From Anaerolineales bacterium (lineage in GTDB: Bacteria > Chloroflexota > Anaerolineae > Anaerolineales > UBA4823): 62,559 bases of DNA. The notes under the pieces were generated by a model. It was given only the letters and a program-made list of their open reading frames with translations. It was not told the origin of the DNA and searched no databases. Position 1 is the first letter of the stretch. Each line of letters opens with the position of its first letter. The position numbers were made by a program, and so were the translations under genes. Positions 9,098-19,247 of this stretch are shown piece by piece. The stretch lies in contig JBJYWI010000138.1 of assembly GCA_046259385.1 (NCBI GenBank), positions 1-62,559 on the forward strand, written 5' to 3'.

Positions 9098-10915
9098 CTA
9101 AACGAATTTTTCTCTGATCCAGGCGCTGGTGTAGTCCATTGATGCGACTACAAAGGCGATCGCCAGCATCTGGACAGCTGCCGCACGGTAATCGAGCAGG
9201 CGGATATTCTGCTGGAGTAGAAATCCGATACCTCCACCGCCAGCGAAGCCGATAATTGTGGACATACGCACATTTATATCCCAGCGGTACATTGTGAACG
9301 AGATATAGGGTGGGATAATCTGCGGAACAACCGCATAGACAATAGTCTGCAGTCGATTCGCGCCGGTAGCAGTTACAGCTTCAAGCGGTCCTGGTAAGAT
9401 ACTCTCAACCTGCTCGGAGTACAGTTTGGCAAGCGCAGCGATTGTATGGAGTGCAAGCGCCAGCGCGCCAGCGAATGGGCCGATTCCAACCCAGACCACA
9501 AAGACGATTACATAAATTAATGGTTCGATTGATCTGGCAGCATTTAATATCGTACGCATTATCAGGTAAATGGCGATACCGATTGGGACCAGTTCCTTTG
9601 GACCAAGCCGCAGGGAGATAAGTAACCCAACAATTACTCCAACTACAGCCGGAATAAAAAGGGTTTTGATCGGATCGTTTAACTGGTAGAGCCAATCGAT
9701 CCCTGCGCCAATTAGGGCAAAGATGATTGCGCCGGCGATAGCAGCCAGAATAGCATTGGTGACACGTATGGTGCTTTTTGAATATCGGTCGGCGATGATA
9801 AGACCAAATTTGCTCAGTATTCCTCCACTAACGGCGCCTCCTGCTAGAGCAGTAAAAACTGGCGTTACCATCCTGAGGACTTCTCCGGCTTGGGATACAA
9901 AATACCCCAGGAAACTGAATGCCCCCAGCTTTTCTTCAAGCCATGCTCCGGTTATGTACATTAACTTGCCCAAGATAAGAAGGGAGAGAATTATTAATGC
10001 AACCGCTACTAGTATGGCAACTATCCTCCCGATTCGGATCGGCAATCCTGCCTCGTTGGTCTCCTCAGCTGGCACAGCCCAGCGCAGCAATAACCATCCA
10101 AGTATTGGACTTATGATTAATCCTGCTATTTCCCATACCATATTCGAGATCAAGATATCGCGAACTTGACCTACAAGTTGGGTCAAATAAAGACCGAGAA
10201 AAATACCTATAGGCCATCCTATCAACATCAGAGCGACGCTTGATACAGGACTCTTTACTTCGCTCATAAGATTGCGTGCAGCCAGAAAACTCAAGGGGAT
10301 CGCCATCAGTGTACCGAATATCGTTGCGAGCAAAGCCAGGAAAACAGTTTCAATTATTTTTTCCCAGGTTGCATGTGCAACCGAAGAGAAATGTGGCAGT
10401 CCAACGTTCTTGCGGGAAATTACCCGCATGGTTTGAGCCTCCTCAACTGGCTGTCTTTTAGGAAGTTGTACCCTCTGTTCAAATTCACCGTTCGAATCCG
10501 CTGTGAAATTGCCAATATTCAAAGATGCGCCGCTCGGTGGGATAAAATTAATGGGCCCTTGAACATTAGGAAGAAAATTAAATCCTTCCACTACGATAAA
10601 CTCGCCGGCATCTTCGCAATTGGGATCAAGAATGATGTAAGGACCGCTGGTATCTGGTTCGTGGATTGGGACTTCAGCCTCTGGGCAGGGCAGGTAAACT
10701 GGCGCTTCAACAAAAACCTCTTCCTTGTCGTATTCCAAGATGTCCGGGTGTGCCAGGGCACGGATAATGCGTGTGAGCTGGGTGAGGCGTTGTTCCGACC
10801 GGGTTTCTATAAAATTGACTTTTGTTACCTGGAAACCATAAGCTATAGTGATTAACCCGATTAACACAAATATCCAAAAAATAAATGAACGTAACAATGA
10901 TGGCCTTTTGTTCAC
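9098..10915 (-). CDS. PhnE/PtxC-like ABC permease, extended (605 aa)
   Basis: C-terminal LAKLYSEQVE...RWDINVRMSTIIGFAGGGGIG PhnE signature; extra soluble loop and extra TM helices. Confidence 0.8.
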   Translation of the reverse strand: MNKRPSLLRSFIFWIFVLIGLITIAYGFQVTKVNFIETRSEQRLTQLTRIIRALAHPDILEYDKEEVFVEAPVYLPCPEAEVPIHEPDTSGPYIILDPNCEDAGEFIVVEGFNFLPNVQGPINFIPPSGASLNIGNFTADSNGEFEQRVQLPKRQPVEEAQTMRVISRKNVGLPHFSSVAHATWEKIIETVFLALLATIFGTLMAIPLSFLAARNLMSEVKSPVSSVALMLIGWPIGIFLGLYLTQLVGQVRDILISNMVWEIAGLIISPILGWLLLRWAVPAEETNEAGLPIRIGRIVAILVAVALIILSLLILGKLMYITGAWLEEKLGAFSFLGYFVSQAGEVLRMVTPVFTALAGGAVSGGILSKFGLIIADRYSKSTIRVTNAILAAIAGAIIFALIGAGIDWLYQLNDPIKTLFIPAVVGVIVGLLISLRLGPKELVPIGIAIYLIMRTILNAARSIEPLIYVIVFVVWVGIGPFAGALALALHTIAALAKLYSEQVESILPGPLEAVTATGANRLQTIVYAVVPQIIPPYISFTMYRWDINVRMSTIIGFAGGGGIGFLLQQNIRLLDYRAAAVQMLAIAFVVASMDYTSAWIREKFV

Positions 10916-10927
10916 GATTACCTCACA

Positions 10928-11683
10928 TTAACCAACTCTTTCAGCTTCTTTGCCATAAATCTCTTTGAACCGTTCGTCGTCAATTGCCTCTGGCTTACCG
11001 TCAAACATCAGCTTTCCTTCATTCAGGGCGATAGCTCGGTCCGCATAACGGTGCACAAGATCCAGGAAGTGTAAACTGCACAGAACCATCACACCATCTT
11101 CATTGTTTATCTGTTCAAGGTACTGCATGATGGAGTGCGCCAGAACCGGATCCAGGCTGGCAACCGGCTCGTCTGCCAAAATCATTTCCGGATTCTGAAT
11201 CATCGCTCGTGCTATACCCACCCTCTGCTGTTGCCCACCACTCAGTTCATCTGCTCTCTTATAAGCCTGATTGGCAATGCCAACCCGATCAAGCTGTTTT
11301 AATGCGGCTTCTATATCATCTTCTGGAAAACGGTTAATTAAACTCAGGGCTGGGTTTACATATCCCAGCCTGCCTGAGAGAACATTGGTAATTACCTGTG
11401 AACGGGATACCAGATTGAAATGCTGGAAAACCATTCCAATTTTGCGGCGGATTAAACGCAATTCACTCTGGTTAGCGCCGGTTACGTCAACTCCATCCAA
11501 GATTACCTGTCCTGCTGTTGGTTCAACCAGCCGGTTAATGCATCGCAGCAACGTCGATTTGCCGGAACCGCTCAGACCAATAACTGCGAGGAACTCACCT
11601 GGCTGGACGTTGAAGCTGACATTGTCCAGCGCCAATACATCCCCCTCATATATTTTCGTCAGATTCTTAATTTCAAGCATCAT
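10928..11683 (-). CDS. phnC: Phosphonate-type ABC transporter ATP-binding protein
   Basis: GLSGSGKST, NVLSGRLG, LSGGQQQRVGIAR, ILADEPVASLDP. Confidence 0.85.
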   Translation of the reverse strand: MMLEIKNLTKIYEGDVLALDNVSFNVQPGEFLAVIGLSGSGKSTLLRCINRLVEPTAGQVILDGVDVTGANQSELRLIRRKIGMVFQHFNLVSRSQVITNVLSGRLGYVNPALSLINRFPEDDIEAALKQLDRVGIANQAYKRADELSGGQQQRVGIARAMIQNPEMILADEPVASLDPVLAHSIMQYLEQINNEDGVMVLCSLHFLDLVHRYADRAIALNEGKLMFDGKPEAIDDERFKEIYGKEAERVG

Positions 11684-11818
11684 CGAGCTCCTTTCCTTTG
11701 TTTATTAGATGGGATGAAATTTGGGGAAGCTCAAGTACATTTTTGGTATATACATATAACGAGATTTTTGGGAGGATCATTATTATAAATTATTTTGGAA
11801 ATAATGTCCTTATGTGAA

Positions 11819-13312
11819 TTATCTCCCGGTCTCCGGAACTGGAATAGATTCAATTGTTGAAAGCGGAAGTTCTTTCTGATTCTCAAGAAGCGCATTCGCT
11901 TCTATTGTTAATTCCGATAAAACCTGGTTTGCATCCATCCCTCGTAATATCGCTGCCAGAGATTCGGCAACCAGCTCCTGCACAAAATTATAGCCAGGAA
12001 GTGAAGGTTCGGATTTGCCAAATTCCATTAAATTACCAGCAGCTGCATATTGAGGGTTTTTGAGTTTGAAATCGGCTGACCTCCCTCCTGAACTCTTACG
12101 AACCGGGAAATTAAATGTTGATTCTGACCATAATTCCTGAGCCTCGGGCCCGGTCAGGAATTTAATAAAAAACCAGCTAGCGAGTTCGGATTCTCTGTTT
12201 GTCTTTAATATGCTGATACTGGGGCCGTAGACATTCTGGGTTGGGTTGGTTGTAGGATGTGGCAGGGGAGCAATGTTCCAATTAAAATCCAGTCCTTCTT
12301 CAATTTCATTTTGATAAAAAGGTATACCTGAGCTCGTTCCAGTTGTAAAAAGCAGTTTCCCTTCCGCGAATCCTTTCTGGTTCGCAAGATTATCATTTAG
12401 CACTGTTGCGCACTCCCGGTTGACCAGTTCCTGCAGGTATTTTGCTGCCTGGACAGTTTCCTCAGAATCGAAGTTATACATCTGATTATCCTCGTTGAAT
12501 ATATCTGCTCCGAAGGCAAACGCCCAGTTGATTAAAGTTGAGGCACTTATGGTCATGCCATAGCCTTTACTTTCATCAGTTTCTGCTTTGCTGAAATGTT
12601 GTTCACTTGATTTACAAGCTACCTCTTTAAACTCCTCAGGATTTAAGGGCGGATTTACGTATCCCAGTTCTTTTAACCAGTCGTCATTGTAGTAAAGGAT
12701 GTTTAAGGCTCGAAAGAACGGAAAACCCAGGCGGTGGTTGTCGAATTTTGGCGAAAGGTCATGTTTTAGAATATAGCTATAAAAATCATCCAGTTCAGTG
12801 GCAGAAAATCCCCATTTTGGGCTGATCAGAAGTGTTTCCATATCAGCCAGACCGTAGTACATATAGTATGCAGAGGATTGATCCTGATATGCCAGCACCA
12901 TGTTGGGAGAATCAGGTGTGTTTAATACCCCCAGAACATCATAGTAAAGGTTGGAAAAGCTGTCTTTCGATTCGGAGTTTACCTTTATCCCCCATTCGTT
13001 TGTACGGTTGAAATCTGTTATCAATTGGTTCAAAACATCCTGACGCTGATCGCTGTATGGATGCCAGAAATGAACTGATTGGCCGTCAGGATTTATTATC
13101 TCCCAGGGATCGGCTGATAAAGATTCTTGTTGTAGGTCGCCCGCCTCGATTTTGCCAGTATCATTTGTGGGATTGGCAGTGATAACCGGGGTTGATTCTA
13201 TGCTGTGCGCATTGAGTTTCTCACCTGCCTCTATTGATTTGTTCTGGCATGCAAAAAGAGGTAAAAAACAAACCAGGAGGAATAAAAAAATTTTCCAGTG
13301 GGTTTCAGGCAT
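11819..13312 (-). CDS. Extracellular solute-binding lipoprotein (family 1, UgpB-like)
   Basis: LFAC lipobox; FWH, LYYNxDW, ASWFFIKFL patterns. Confidence 0.8.
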   Translation of the reverse strand: MPETHWKIFLFLLVCFLPLFACQNKSIEAGEKLNAHSIESTPVITANPTNDTGKIEAGDLQQESLSADPWEIINPDGQSVHFWHPYSDQRQDVLNQLITDFNRTNEWGIKVNSESKDSFSNLYYDVLGVLNTPDSPNMVLAYQDQSSAYYMYYGLADMETLLISPKWGFSATELDDFYSYILKHDLSPKFDNHRLGFPFFRALNILYYNDDWLKELGYVNPPLNPEEFKEVACKSSEQHFSKAETDESKGYGMTISASTLINWAFAFGADIFNEDNQMYNFDSEETVQAAKYLQELVNRECATVLNDNLANQKGFAEGKLLFTTGTSSGIPFYQNEIEEGLDFNWNIAPLPHPTTNPTQNVYGPSISILKTNRESELASWFFIKFLTGPEAQELWSESTFNFPVRKSSGGRSADFKLKNPQYAAAGNLMEFGKSEPSLPGYNFVQELVAESLAAILRGMDANQVLSELTIEANALLENQKELPLSTIESIPVPETGR

Positions 13313-13526
13313 GTGGTAAGCTTGGAAGTGTTGGATGAGGGTGTGAAAAGCGTAGATTGTACATAAATATATTAGGCCTTACGATTTATTTTACCAGTGG
13401 GCTGGTATGTTTGTGATTTAAACAGTGCGGGATGTTATATGGCAGCCCACAAAAAAACCATGATTTATCGATGCAAGGTTGGACTATAATTTGTAATTCA
13501 TTTTGGAAAGATTAACCACTGCTACA

Positions 13527-15164
13527 ATGAAAAAAGCCAAAACTTTTAAGGATATTGGGTTAATAAAAATGGTCTGGTTGCTGGTATTTGTTGTGGGATG
13601 CAGCCAGTCTTCTGGTTCTGCGGTTGGTACTGAGACAGCAAGTCCAGCTGTAACTAAAATTTCTGCGACCTCAACCAAGTCAGCAACTGCTTTGGAAATT
13701 ACGGATACGCCGGATATCAGCCCGACGCTGGAACCAGATGTTGATTTGAGAAACTTGGCCGGCGAGCAAATTATTTTCTGGCATACATGGGGTGGCAAAT
13801 TGGGCGAAGTCATCAACGAGATTGTGGGGGATTGGAATGAAAACAACGAATGGGGTTTAACAGTTGAGTCGCTCTATCAGGGTAATGCAGACTCGATAAA
13901 CAAAAAGATTTTTATGCAGCAAAATATAGAGGATTTACCAAACCTGGCGTTGGGCTATATTCACCAGGCGGATGCGTGGGATAATCTTTGGCCTGTTGAA
14001 GATCTTAATTCATACATTGATGATCCATACATAGGATTGAGTAAAGAAGAGCAGGTGGATTTTTATGATCCCCTGTGGTGGAAGAGTCAGATTGGTGATA
14101 AAAGGCTGGGTTTACCTGTGCAGCAGTATGGGAATTACCTTTTTTATAACCAGTCGTGGGCCAATGAACTGGGATTTGATAGCCCGCCTAGCACCCCTGA
14201 GGAATTTAAAGACCAGGCTTGTGCAGCTTTTAATGCTGTTCTATTGGATGACAATGATGAAAATAACGGTATGGGGGGTTGGGTGGTTTCAACTGACTAT
14301 ACTGCAACATTGGGCTGGCTGTACGCTCATGGGGCTGAGTATTACTATCCCGATGATTCCGGTGAAATGAAGCAAATCTACGAGTTTAAAACTCCTGAGA
14401 CAGAGAAAACATTCAGATACTTGAGGTCTTTATTTGATGATGGTTGTGCCTGGTTATCCGCAGGTGAAAACCCCGAGGTTGAGTTTGCATCTCGCCGGGC
14501 GCTATTCAGATCTGGAGACATCTCGGATATCCCCATCCAGGAGGAGGCGTTCCGGAGTAAGAGTAATCAAGACAAATGGGTTGTGATTAGTTATCCTTCC
14601 CCTTCAGGATCCGGCGCATTTGATGTTTACGGTCCTGCTCTAATTCTGTTATCTTCCTCACAGGAAAAGCAGTTGGCAAGCTGGCTATTTCTCAAGTGGT
14701 TTAGCGAGCCAGAACAGCAGGCTAGAATGATTGAAGCAGCCGGGACACTGCCAATCCGGGAATCTACCCTTGATCTGTTAAACGAATACCGGGAACAGAA
14801 CCCGCACTGGTCTCAGGCTGTAGCATTGATGGATGATGCAAAATCAGAACCGGGGATTCAATCCTGGCAGACCGTCAGATGGGCGCTGGGTGATGCGACC
14901 CGGCAGTTATTCTTATCCTACTTTACGATTGATGATATTTCCGGTCTTTTAGAATTCTTGGATAAAACTGCCCACGAATTGTATTTGGGTCCGGAAAAAA
15001 GCGGGCTGCTCGACACGCCGACTTTCACACCCTCAGCGACTCTCACGCCGACAGTAACGCCAACCCCCAGCGTCACTCCAACAGCGAGTGTAACCTCCAG
15101 CCCTACAAACACACCGACTCCTGAAAATACCAGGCAGGCTACCGAAACACCTCAAGCAAATTAA
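13527..15164 (+). CDS. Extracellular solute-binding lipoprotein (family 1) with TPT-rich tail
   Basis: VVGC lipobox; FWH, LFYNQSW, ASWLFLKW; C-terminal TPT repeats; start uncertain (13503 or 13527). Confidence 0.8.
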   Translation: MKKAKTFKDIGLIKMVWLLVFVVGCSQSSGSAVGTETASPAVTKISATSTKSATALEITDTPDISPTLEPDVDLRNLAGEQIIFWHTWGGKLGEVINEIVGDWNENNEWGLTVESLYQGNADSINKKIFMQQNIEDLPNLALGYIHQADAWDNLWPVEDLNSYIDDPYIGLSKEEQVDFYDPLWWKSQIGDKRLGLPVQQYGNYLFYNQSWANELGFDSPPSTPEEFKDQACAAFNAVLLDDNDENNGMGGWVVSTDYTATLGWLYAHGAEYYYPDDSGEMKQIYEFKTPETEKTFRYLRSLFDDGCAWLSAGENPEVEFASRRALFRSGDISDIPIQEEAFRSKSNQDKWVVISYPSPSGSGAFDVYGPALILLSSSQEKQLASWLFLKWFSEPEQQARMIEAAGTLPIRESTLDLLNEYREQNPHWSQAVALMDDAKSEPGIQSWQTVRWALGDATRQLFLSYFTIDDISGLLEFLDKTAHELYLGPEKSGLLDTPTFTPSATLTPTVTPTPSVTPTASVTSSPTNTPTPENTRQATETPQAN

Positions 15165-15166
15165 AT

Positions 15167-15601
15167 ATGACCGATCTTCCACATGTCACCATCTACACAG
15201 ATGGAGCTTGCGATCCGAATCCGGGTCCTGGCGGTTGGGCAGCTTTAATTTTCTTTAAATCGCGCCGGAAGGAAATAAGCGGTTCAGTGAAAGAGTCTAC
15301 AAACAACCGGATGGAATTGACTGCGGCAATAAAAGCACTAGAAACCCTAAACAGGGAGTGTGAGATTGATTTTTACACCGATTCAGAATATCTGAAACGC
15401 GGAATAACGGAATGGCTGGAAATTTGGCGCGCCCGGAACTGGAGGCGAAAAGGGGGAGCATTAAAAAATGTCGACTTGTGGCAAACCTTGGACAAATTAA
15501 TCGCCCGGCATGCGATCGACTGGCACTGGGTACGCGGGCATGCTGGAAATCGCCATAATCAGCGCGTGGATTATCTCGCTAGAAAGGCTATCCGAAGATA
15601 G
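15167..15601 (+). CDS. rnhA: Ribonuclease HI
   Basis: IYTDGAC, NPGPGGW, TNNRMEL, TDSEY, WVRGHAG. Confidence 0.95.
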   Translation: MTDLPHVTIYTDGACDPNPGPGGWAALIFFKSRRKEISGSVKESTNNRMELTAAIKALETLNRECEIDFYTDSEYLKRGITEWLEIWRARNWRRKGGALKNVDLWQTLDKLIARHAIDWHWVRGHAGNRHNQRVDYLARKAIRR

Positions 15602-15613
15602 GAGAAAAGTAAA

Positions 15614-16069
15614 TTACCCTCCTTGAATCTGAGGCGGCTGGTCGTCATCCGAATACTCGATTTTTGTGAGAGGTTCAGCAGTTTCTCCGATATCAACCTT
15701 GTCTTCCATCCGAATTTGGCCTCTCAGGAAAGCACCTTCCTCCGTGGCGAAAGAGGTGGTAACCACGTTTCCCCATACCCTGCCGGTTGAACGTATTTCT
15801 ACTTTTTCGGCGGTGATGTCTCCTTTGACAGCCCCGGCGATAATCACCACATTTGCATACAGATGTTCGCAGGTTACTCGACCGGATGCACCGATCACGA
15901 GTAAACCGTGCAAATTTATTTGACCTTGAAAAGCTCCCTCAATGCGCATGCCTCCGCTTCCGCTGATAGAGCCTTGCCAGATAATGCCCGAGCCCAATAT
16001 CGAGGTAACCCGCTCAGTTTGGGCTGGTTTTAAGGAAGGGAAGTTGTTTTCTTCACGCCTTCTAAACAT
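15614..16069 (-). CDS. Bactofilin (polymer-forming cytoskeletal protein)
   Basis: Beta-helix repeats: SILGSG...RIEG...VIIAGAVKGDI...GRVWGNV...EEGAFLRG. Confidence 0.85.
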   Translation of the reverse strand: MFRRREENNFPSLKPAQTERVTSILGSGIIWQGSISGSGGMRIEGAFQGQINLHGLLVIGASGRVTCEHLYANVVIIAGAVKGDITAEKVEIRSTGRVWGNVVTTSFATEEGAFLRGQIRMEDKVDIGETAEPLTKIEYSDDDQPPQIQGG

Positions 16070-16136
16070 GGTCGTGTTGTCAATTTATTTTTTGCTGGAG
16101 TTGGGCTGTCAACTTTCGCGCTGCACAGCATAACAT

Positions 16137-16934
16137 TTAACTGTTCATTATTGTTTCCATTGATTCGGTTAGACCCAAAATATTGTAGCCTGAGTCGACG
16201 AATACCACCTGTCCAGTCGTTTTAGCGGCCATATCTGAGCAGAGATATACAGCAGCCTGGCCTACGTCTTCTGCGGTTATACCCTTTTGTAACGGCGCGA
16301 CTTCTGTGAATTTACGGTACATGGTCTTGAAGCCAGAAACGCCTGCAGCTGCCAGGGTTCGGATGGGACCGGCGGAGATGGCATTGACCCGCACACCCTG
16401 AGGTCCAAAATCGTAAGCAAGGTAACGCATTGAGGCTTCCAGTGCCGCCTTCGCGACTCCCATTACATTGTAATGGGGAGAGACTTTCTCTGAGCCATAA
16501 TAGGTCATAGTGACCATGGATCCGCCAGGGCGGAACAGGGGCTGGAAGGCTTTTGCAAGGGCGGTAAAAGAGAATACACTTATGTCCATTGCCAGGTGAA
16601 ACCCCTCCCGGCTGGTATTGTAGTAAGGGCCGGTGAGTTCATCACGGTTGGCAAAGGCGATCGCATGCACGAGGATGTCAATCTCACCAAATTCCTGTCT
16701 GGCTTTTTCAACAATGTTCGCGATTTCGTCATCTTTGGTGACATCACATGGCTCAACAAACGTACATCCAATCGATTCAGCAAGCGGACGCACCCGCCTT
16801 TCGAGCATTTCTCCAGCGTAACTTAACCCAACCGTCGCGCCCTGTTCATGGAAAGCGTTCGCGATTCCCCATGCAATTGACCTGTTGTTGGCAACGCCAA
16901 AAATTAACGCTGTTTTTCCTTTTAGGATGGTCAT
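16137..16934 (-). CDS. fabI: Enoyl-ACP reductase
   Basis: GVANNRSIAWGIA, YNVMGVAKAALE, RVNAISAGPIRTLAA. Confidence 0.95.
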   Translation of the reverse strand: MTILKGKTALIFGVANNRSIAWGIANAFHEQGATVGLSYAGEMLERRVRPLAESIGCTFVEPCDVTKDDEIANIVEKARQEFGEIDILVHAIAFANRDELTGPYYNTSREGFHLAMDISVFSFTALAKAFQPLFRPGGSMVTMTYYGSEKVSPHYNVMGVAKAALEASMRYLAYDFGPQGVRVNAISAGPIRTLAAAGVSGFKTMYRKFTEVAPLQKGITAEDVGQAAVYLCSDMAAKTTGQVVFVDSGYNILGLTESMETIMNS

Positions 16935-17118
16935 TTTTTGCTCCTGTAAAAATGGGATATGATCAATAAACTTGAATCCAACCTGAATTATACATATCGA
17001 AATGATAATTTTACCCCAGCGCCCAAAAAACTGATCATATCGAGGTCTTGTTTTATTAATCCATCAATAAGTATATCTGATGGAACCTGGGATGTAATGG
17101 ATTCTGAATGAACGGTTA

Positions 17119-17727
17119 TTAATCTTTTTGTTCGAGTGAGACAGGTTGCGATACCAGAAATCGCCACGGGATGGATTTCCAGGGTTCCGGAACCGAATTT
17201 AATCCCACGCGTGGACCGGTATTTACGCAGGAGTCTGGAAATAGTTTGCCGGTTTCGACGAACAACCTGGCATCTTCAGCGCATAGATCTGCACCGTTTA
17301 ACTCCCCGTCGATATTCAGCGCCTGGCAGATTTTCCCGGGACCATTTGTCCAGCGGGCTTTAGGTTGGTTCCCCCTCCTTTTTGAGATAACTTGGATGCC
17401 TTCCTCAGGTTTGATTCCCCGGATGAGGATTGCAGCCGGAAACCCCTCCCGTTCCACCACAAAATTTAACATCCAGTGCATACCGTATGTGAAATATACA
17501 TACGCATGCCCCGGGGGACCGTACATCACTTCGGTGCGAGGGGTTTTTCCAGCCCGGCAGTGGCAGCCTAAATCCTGCTCGCCGCAGTATGCTTCTGTCT
17601 CTATGATTGTCCCAGATATGCGAACCGATTTATCAACCCGCACAAGCTGCATACCTAGCAGGCTACGAGCAACTTTTAATGCAGGCTGGGCGAAAAAATC
17701 GCGACCAAGAATGCGTTCATTGTGCAT
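17119..17727 (-). CDS. DNA-3-methyladenine glycosylase (MPG/AAG family)
   Basis: IIETEAY, YVYFTYGMH, GPGKICQAL, GPRVG; start placed at ATG 17727 just behind a promoter. Confidence 0.9.
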   Translation of the reverse strand: MHNERILGRDFFAQPALKVARSLLGMQLVRVDKSVRISGTIIETEAYCGEQDLGCHCRAGKTPRTEVMYGPPGHAYVYFTYGMHWMLNFVVEREGFPAAILIRGIKPEEGIQVISKRRGNQPKARWTNGPGKICQALNIDGELNGADLCAEDARLFVETGKLFPDSCVNTGPRVGLNSVPEPWKSIPWRFLVSQPVSLEQKD

Positions 17728-17734
17728 GCAGGTA

Positions 17735-17763
17735 ATTGTAAAGGAATAAAATTCACGCGGCAA
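17735..17763 (-). promoter_or_regulatory. Sigma70-type promoter, probably leaderless, for MPG
   Basis: TTGCCG-17 nt-TACAAT on the minus strand, 7 nt before the ATG. Confidence 0.55.
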
Positions 17764-17801
17764 TAAGAATACGTAAGTTGATGTATTGAACAGAAAGGAT
17801 A

Positions 17802-17830
17802 TTTACCCAATCGCATCATATGGCTATAAT
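17802..17830 (+). promoter_or_regulatory. Sigma70-type promoter, probably leaderless, for purB
   Basis: TTTACC-17 nt-TATAAT, 6 nt before ATG 17837; no SD sequence. Confidence 0.5.
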
Positions 17831-17836
17831 GGATGC

Positions 17837-19228
17837 ATGGTAGCTGATTTTAATAATTACCGGTCGCCGTTGAGCTGGCGCTATGGGAGCGAGAGTATGC
17901 GCCAGATCTGGAGCGAAAAAAACAAGCGACTGCTCTGGCGGGAAGTATGGGTAGCGCTGGCTGAAGTCCAATCCGAATTTGGCCTGGTCACGAGGGGACA
18001 GGTAAGAGACCTGATTGCATTTCAAAATGAAGTGGATATTTCGCGTGCTCTGGAAATTGAAAAGCAGATTCGCCATGATTTGATGGCGGAGTTGAGAGTG
18101 TTCGCCGATCAGGCGAAATTGGGCGGGAAAGTTTTACATATGGGAGCCACGTCCGCGGATATCCAGGATAACGCGGATGCTCTCAGGATTCGCGCCGCAG
18201 CCGATTTGATCCTGGAGCGCCTTTCGAAACTGCTGCTCATGATTGCGGATAGAGTGGAAGAGTGGGCTGATTTTGTAATAATTGCTTATACGCATCTGCA
18301 ACCTGCGGAGCCAAGCACATTGGGCTACCGATTCGCAGTTTATGCTCAGGATTTACTGAACGATTATCAGGCTCTCAGCGAGCTGAGAAAGAATTTTAAA
18401 GGAAAGGGATTTAAAGGAGCGGTCGGTACAGGAGCTTCCTACGCAGATTTAATTGAATTGGAAAACCTTCAAACTTTCGAAGAACGATTATCAGCTCGCC
18501 TGGACCTTCCATTTTTTCCAGTAACGACTCAGGTTTACCCCCGCAAACAGGAATACCAGATTCTAAGCGCGATGGCGGGTTTGGGCGCCTCACTGCATAA
18601 ATTGGCTTTTGACCTGCGTATCGCTCAATCTCCGGGTATTGGGGAGTTGAGTGAGCATTTCGGCGAAAGACAGGTTGGTTCATCAGCCATGCCTTTCAAG
18701 CGCAATCCTGTCAGCGCTGAGAAAATTAATTCACTGGCCCGTTTGCTTGCCCAGATGTCCCGAACAGCATGGGATAACGCCGCCAATTCCCTCCTGGAGA
18801 GGACATTGGATGATTCCGCCAACCGCAGGTTCTTACTTCCAGAATCTTTTTTGGTGCTGGATGAATTGTTGTTGACAAGTGTAAATTTGGTAAGGAATCT
18901 GCATCTTAATGCTCTTAGATGTGAACAGAATATTTCAATCTACGGTCCTTTTGCTGCTGTTGAACGGGTATTAATGGCTCTTTCGAAATCTGGTGCGGAT
19001 CGTCAGGAAATGCACGAACGGTTAAGACAGCACTCAATGAAAGCCTGGCAGGATATTTGCCGGAACGAGTCGAATTCCCTCCAAACCAGATTGAGAGAGG
19101 ATCCAGCCATTGGGGAATACATTTCCCTAGAAGATTTGGATGAATTGATAAATGTTGGGAATTATGTTGGAGACGCGCCACAAAGGGCTCGATCACTGGC
19201 GGGTGAGATTCGCAGATTACTCAGCTGA
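17837..19228 (+). CDS. purB: Adenylosuccinate lyase
   Basis: SPLSWRYGS, RHDLMA, HMGATS, YTHLQPAEP, GSSAMPFKRNP. Confidence 0.93.
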   Translation: MVADFNNYRSPLSWRYGSESMRQIWSEKNKRLLWREVWVALAEVQSEFGLVTRGQVRDLIAFQNEVDISRALEIEKQIRHDLMAELRVFADQAKLGGKVLHMGATSADIQDNADALRIRAAADLILERLSKLLLMIADRVEEWADFVIIAYTHLQPAEPSTLGYRFAVYAQDLLNDYQALSELRKNFKGKGFKGAVGTGASYADLIELENLQTFEERLSARLDLPFFPVTTQVYPRKQEYQILSAMAGLGASLHKLAFDLRIAQSPGIGELSEHFGERQVGSSAMPFKRNPVSAEKINSLARLLAQMSRTAWDNAANSLLERTLDDSANRRFLLPESFLVLDELLLTSVNLVRNLHLNALRCEQNISIYGPFAAVERVLMALSKSGADRQEMHERLRQHSMKAWQDICRNESNSLQTRLREDPAIGEYISLEDLDELINVGNYVGDAPQRARSLAGEIRRLLS

Positions 19229-19247
19229 AGAGCAATTATTTTGATAG

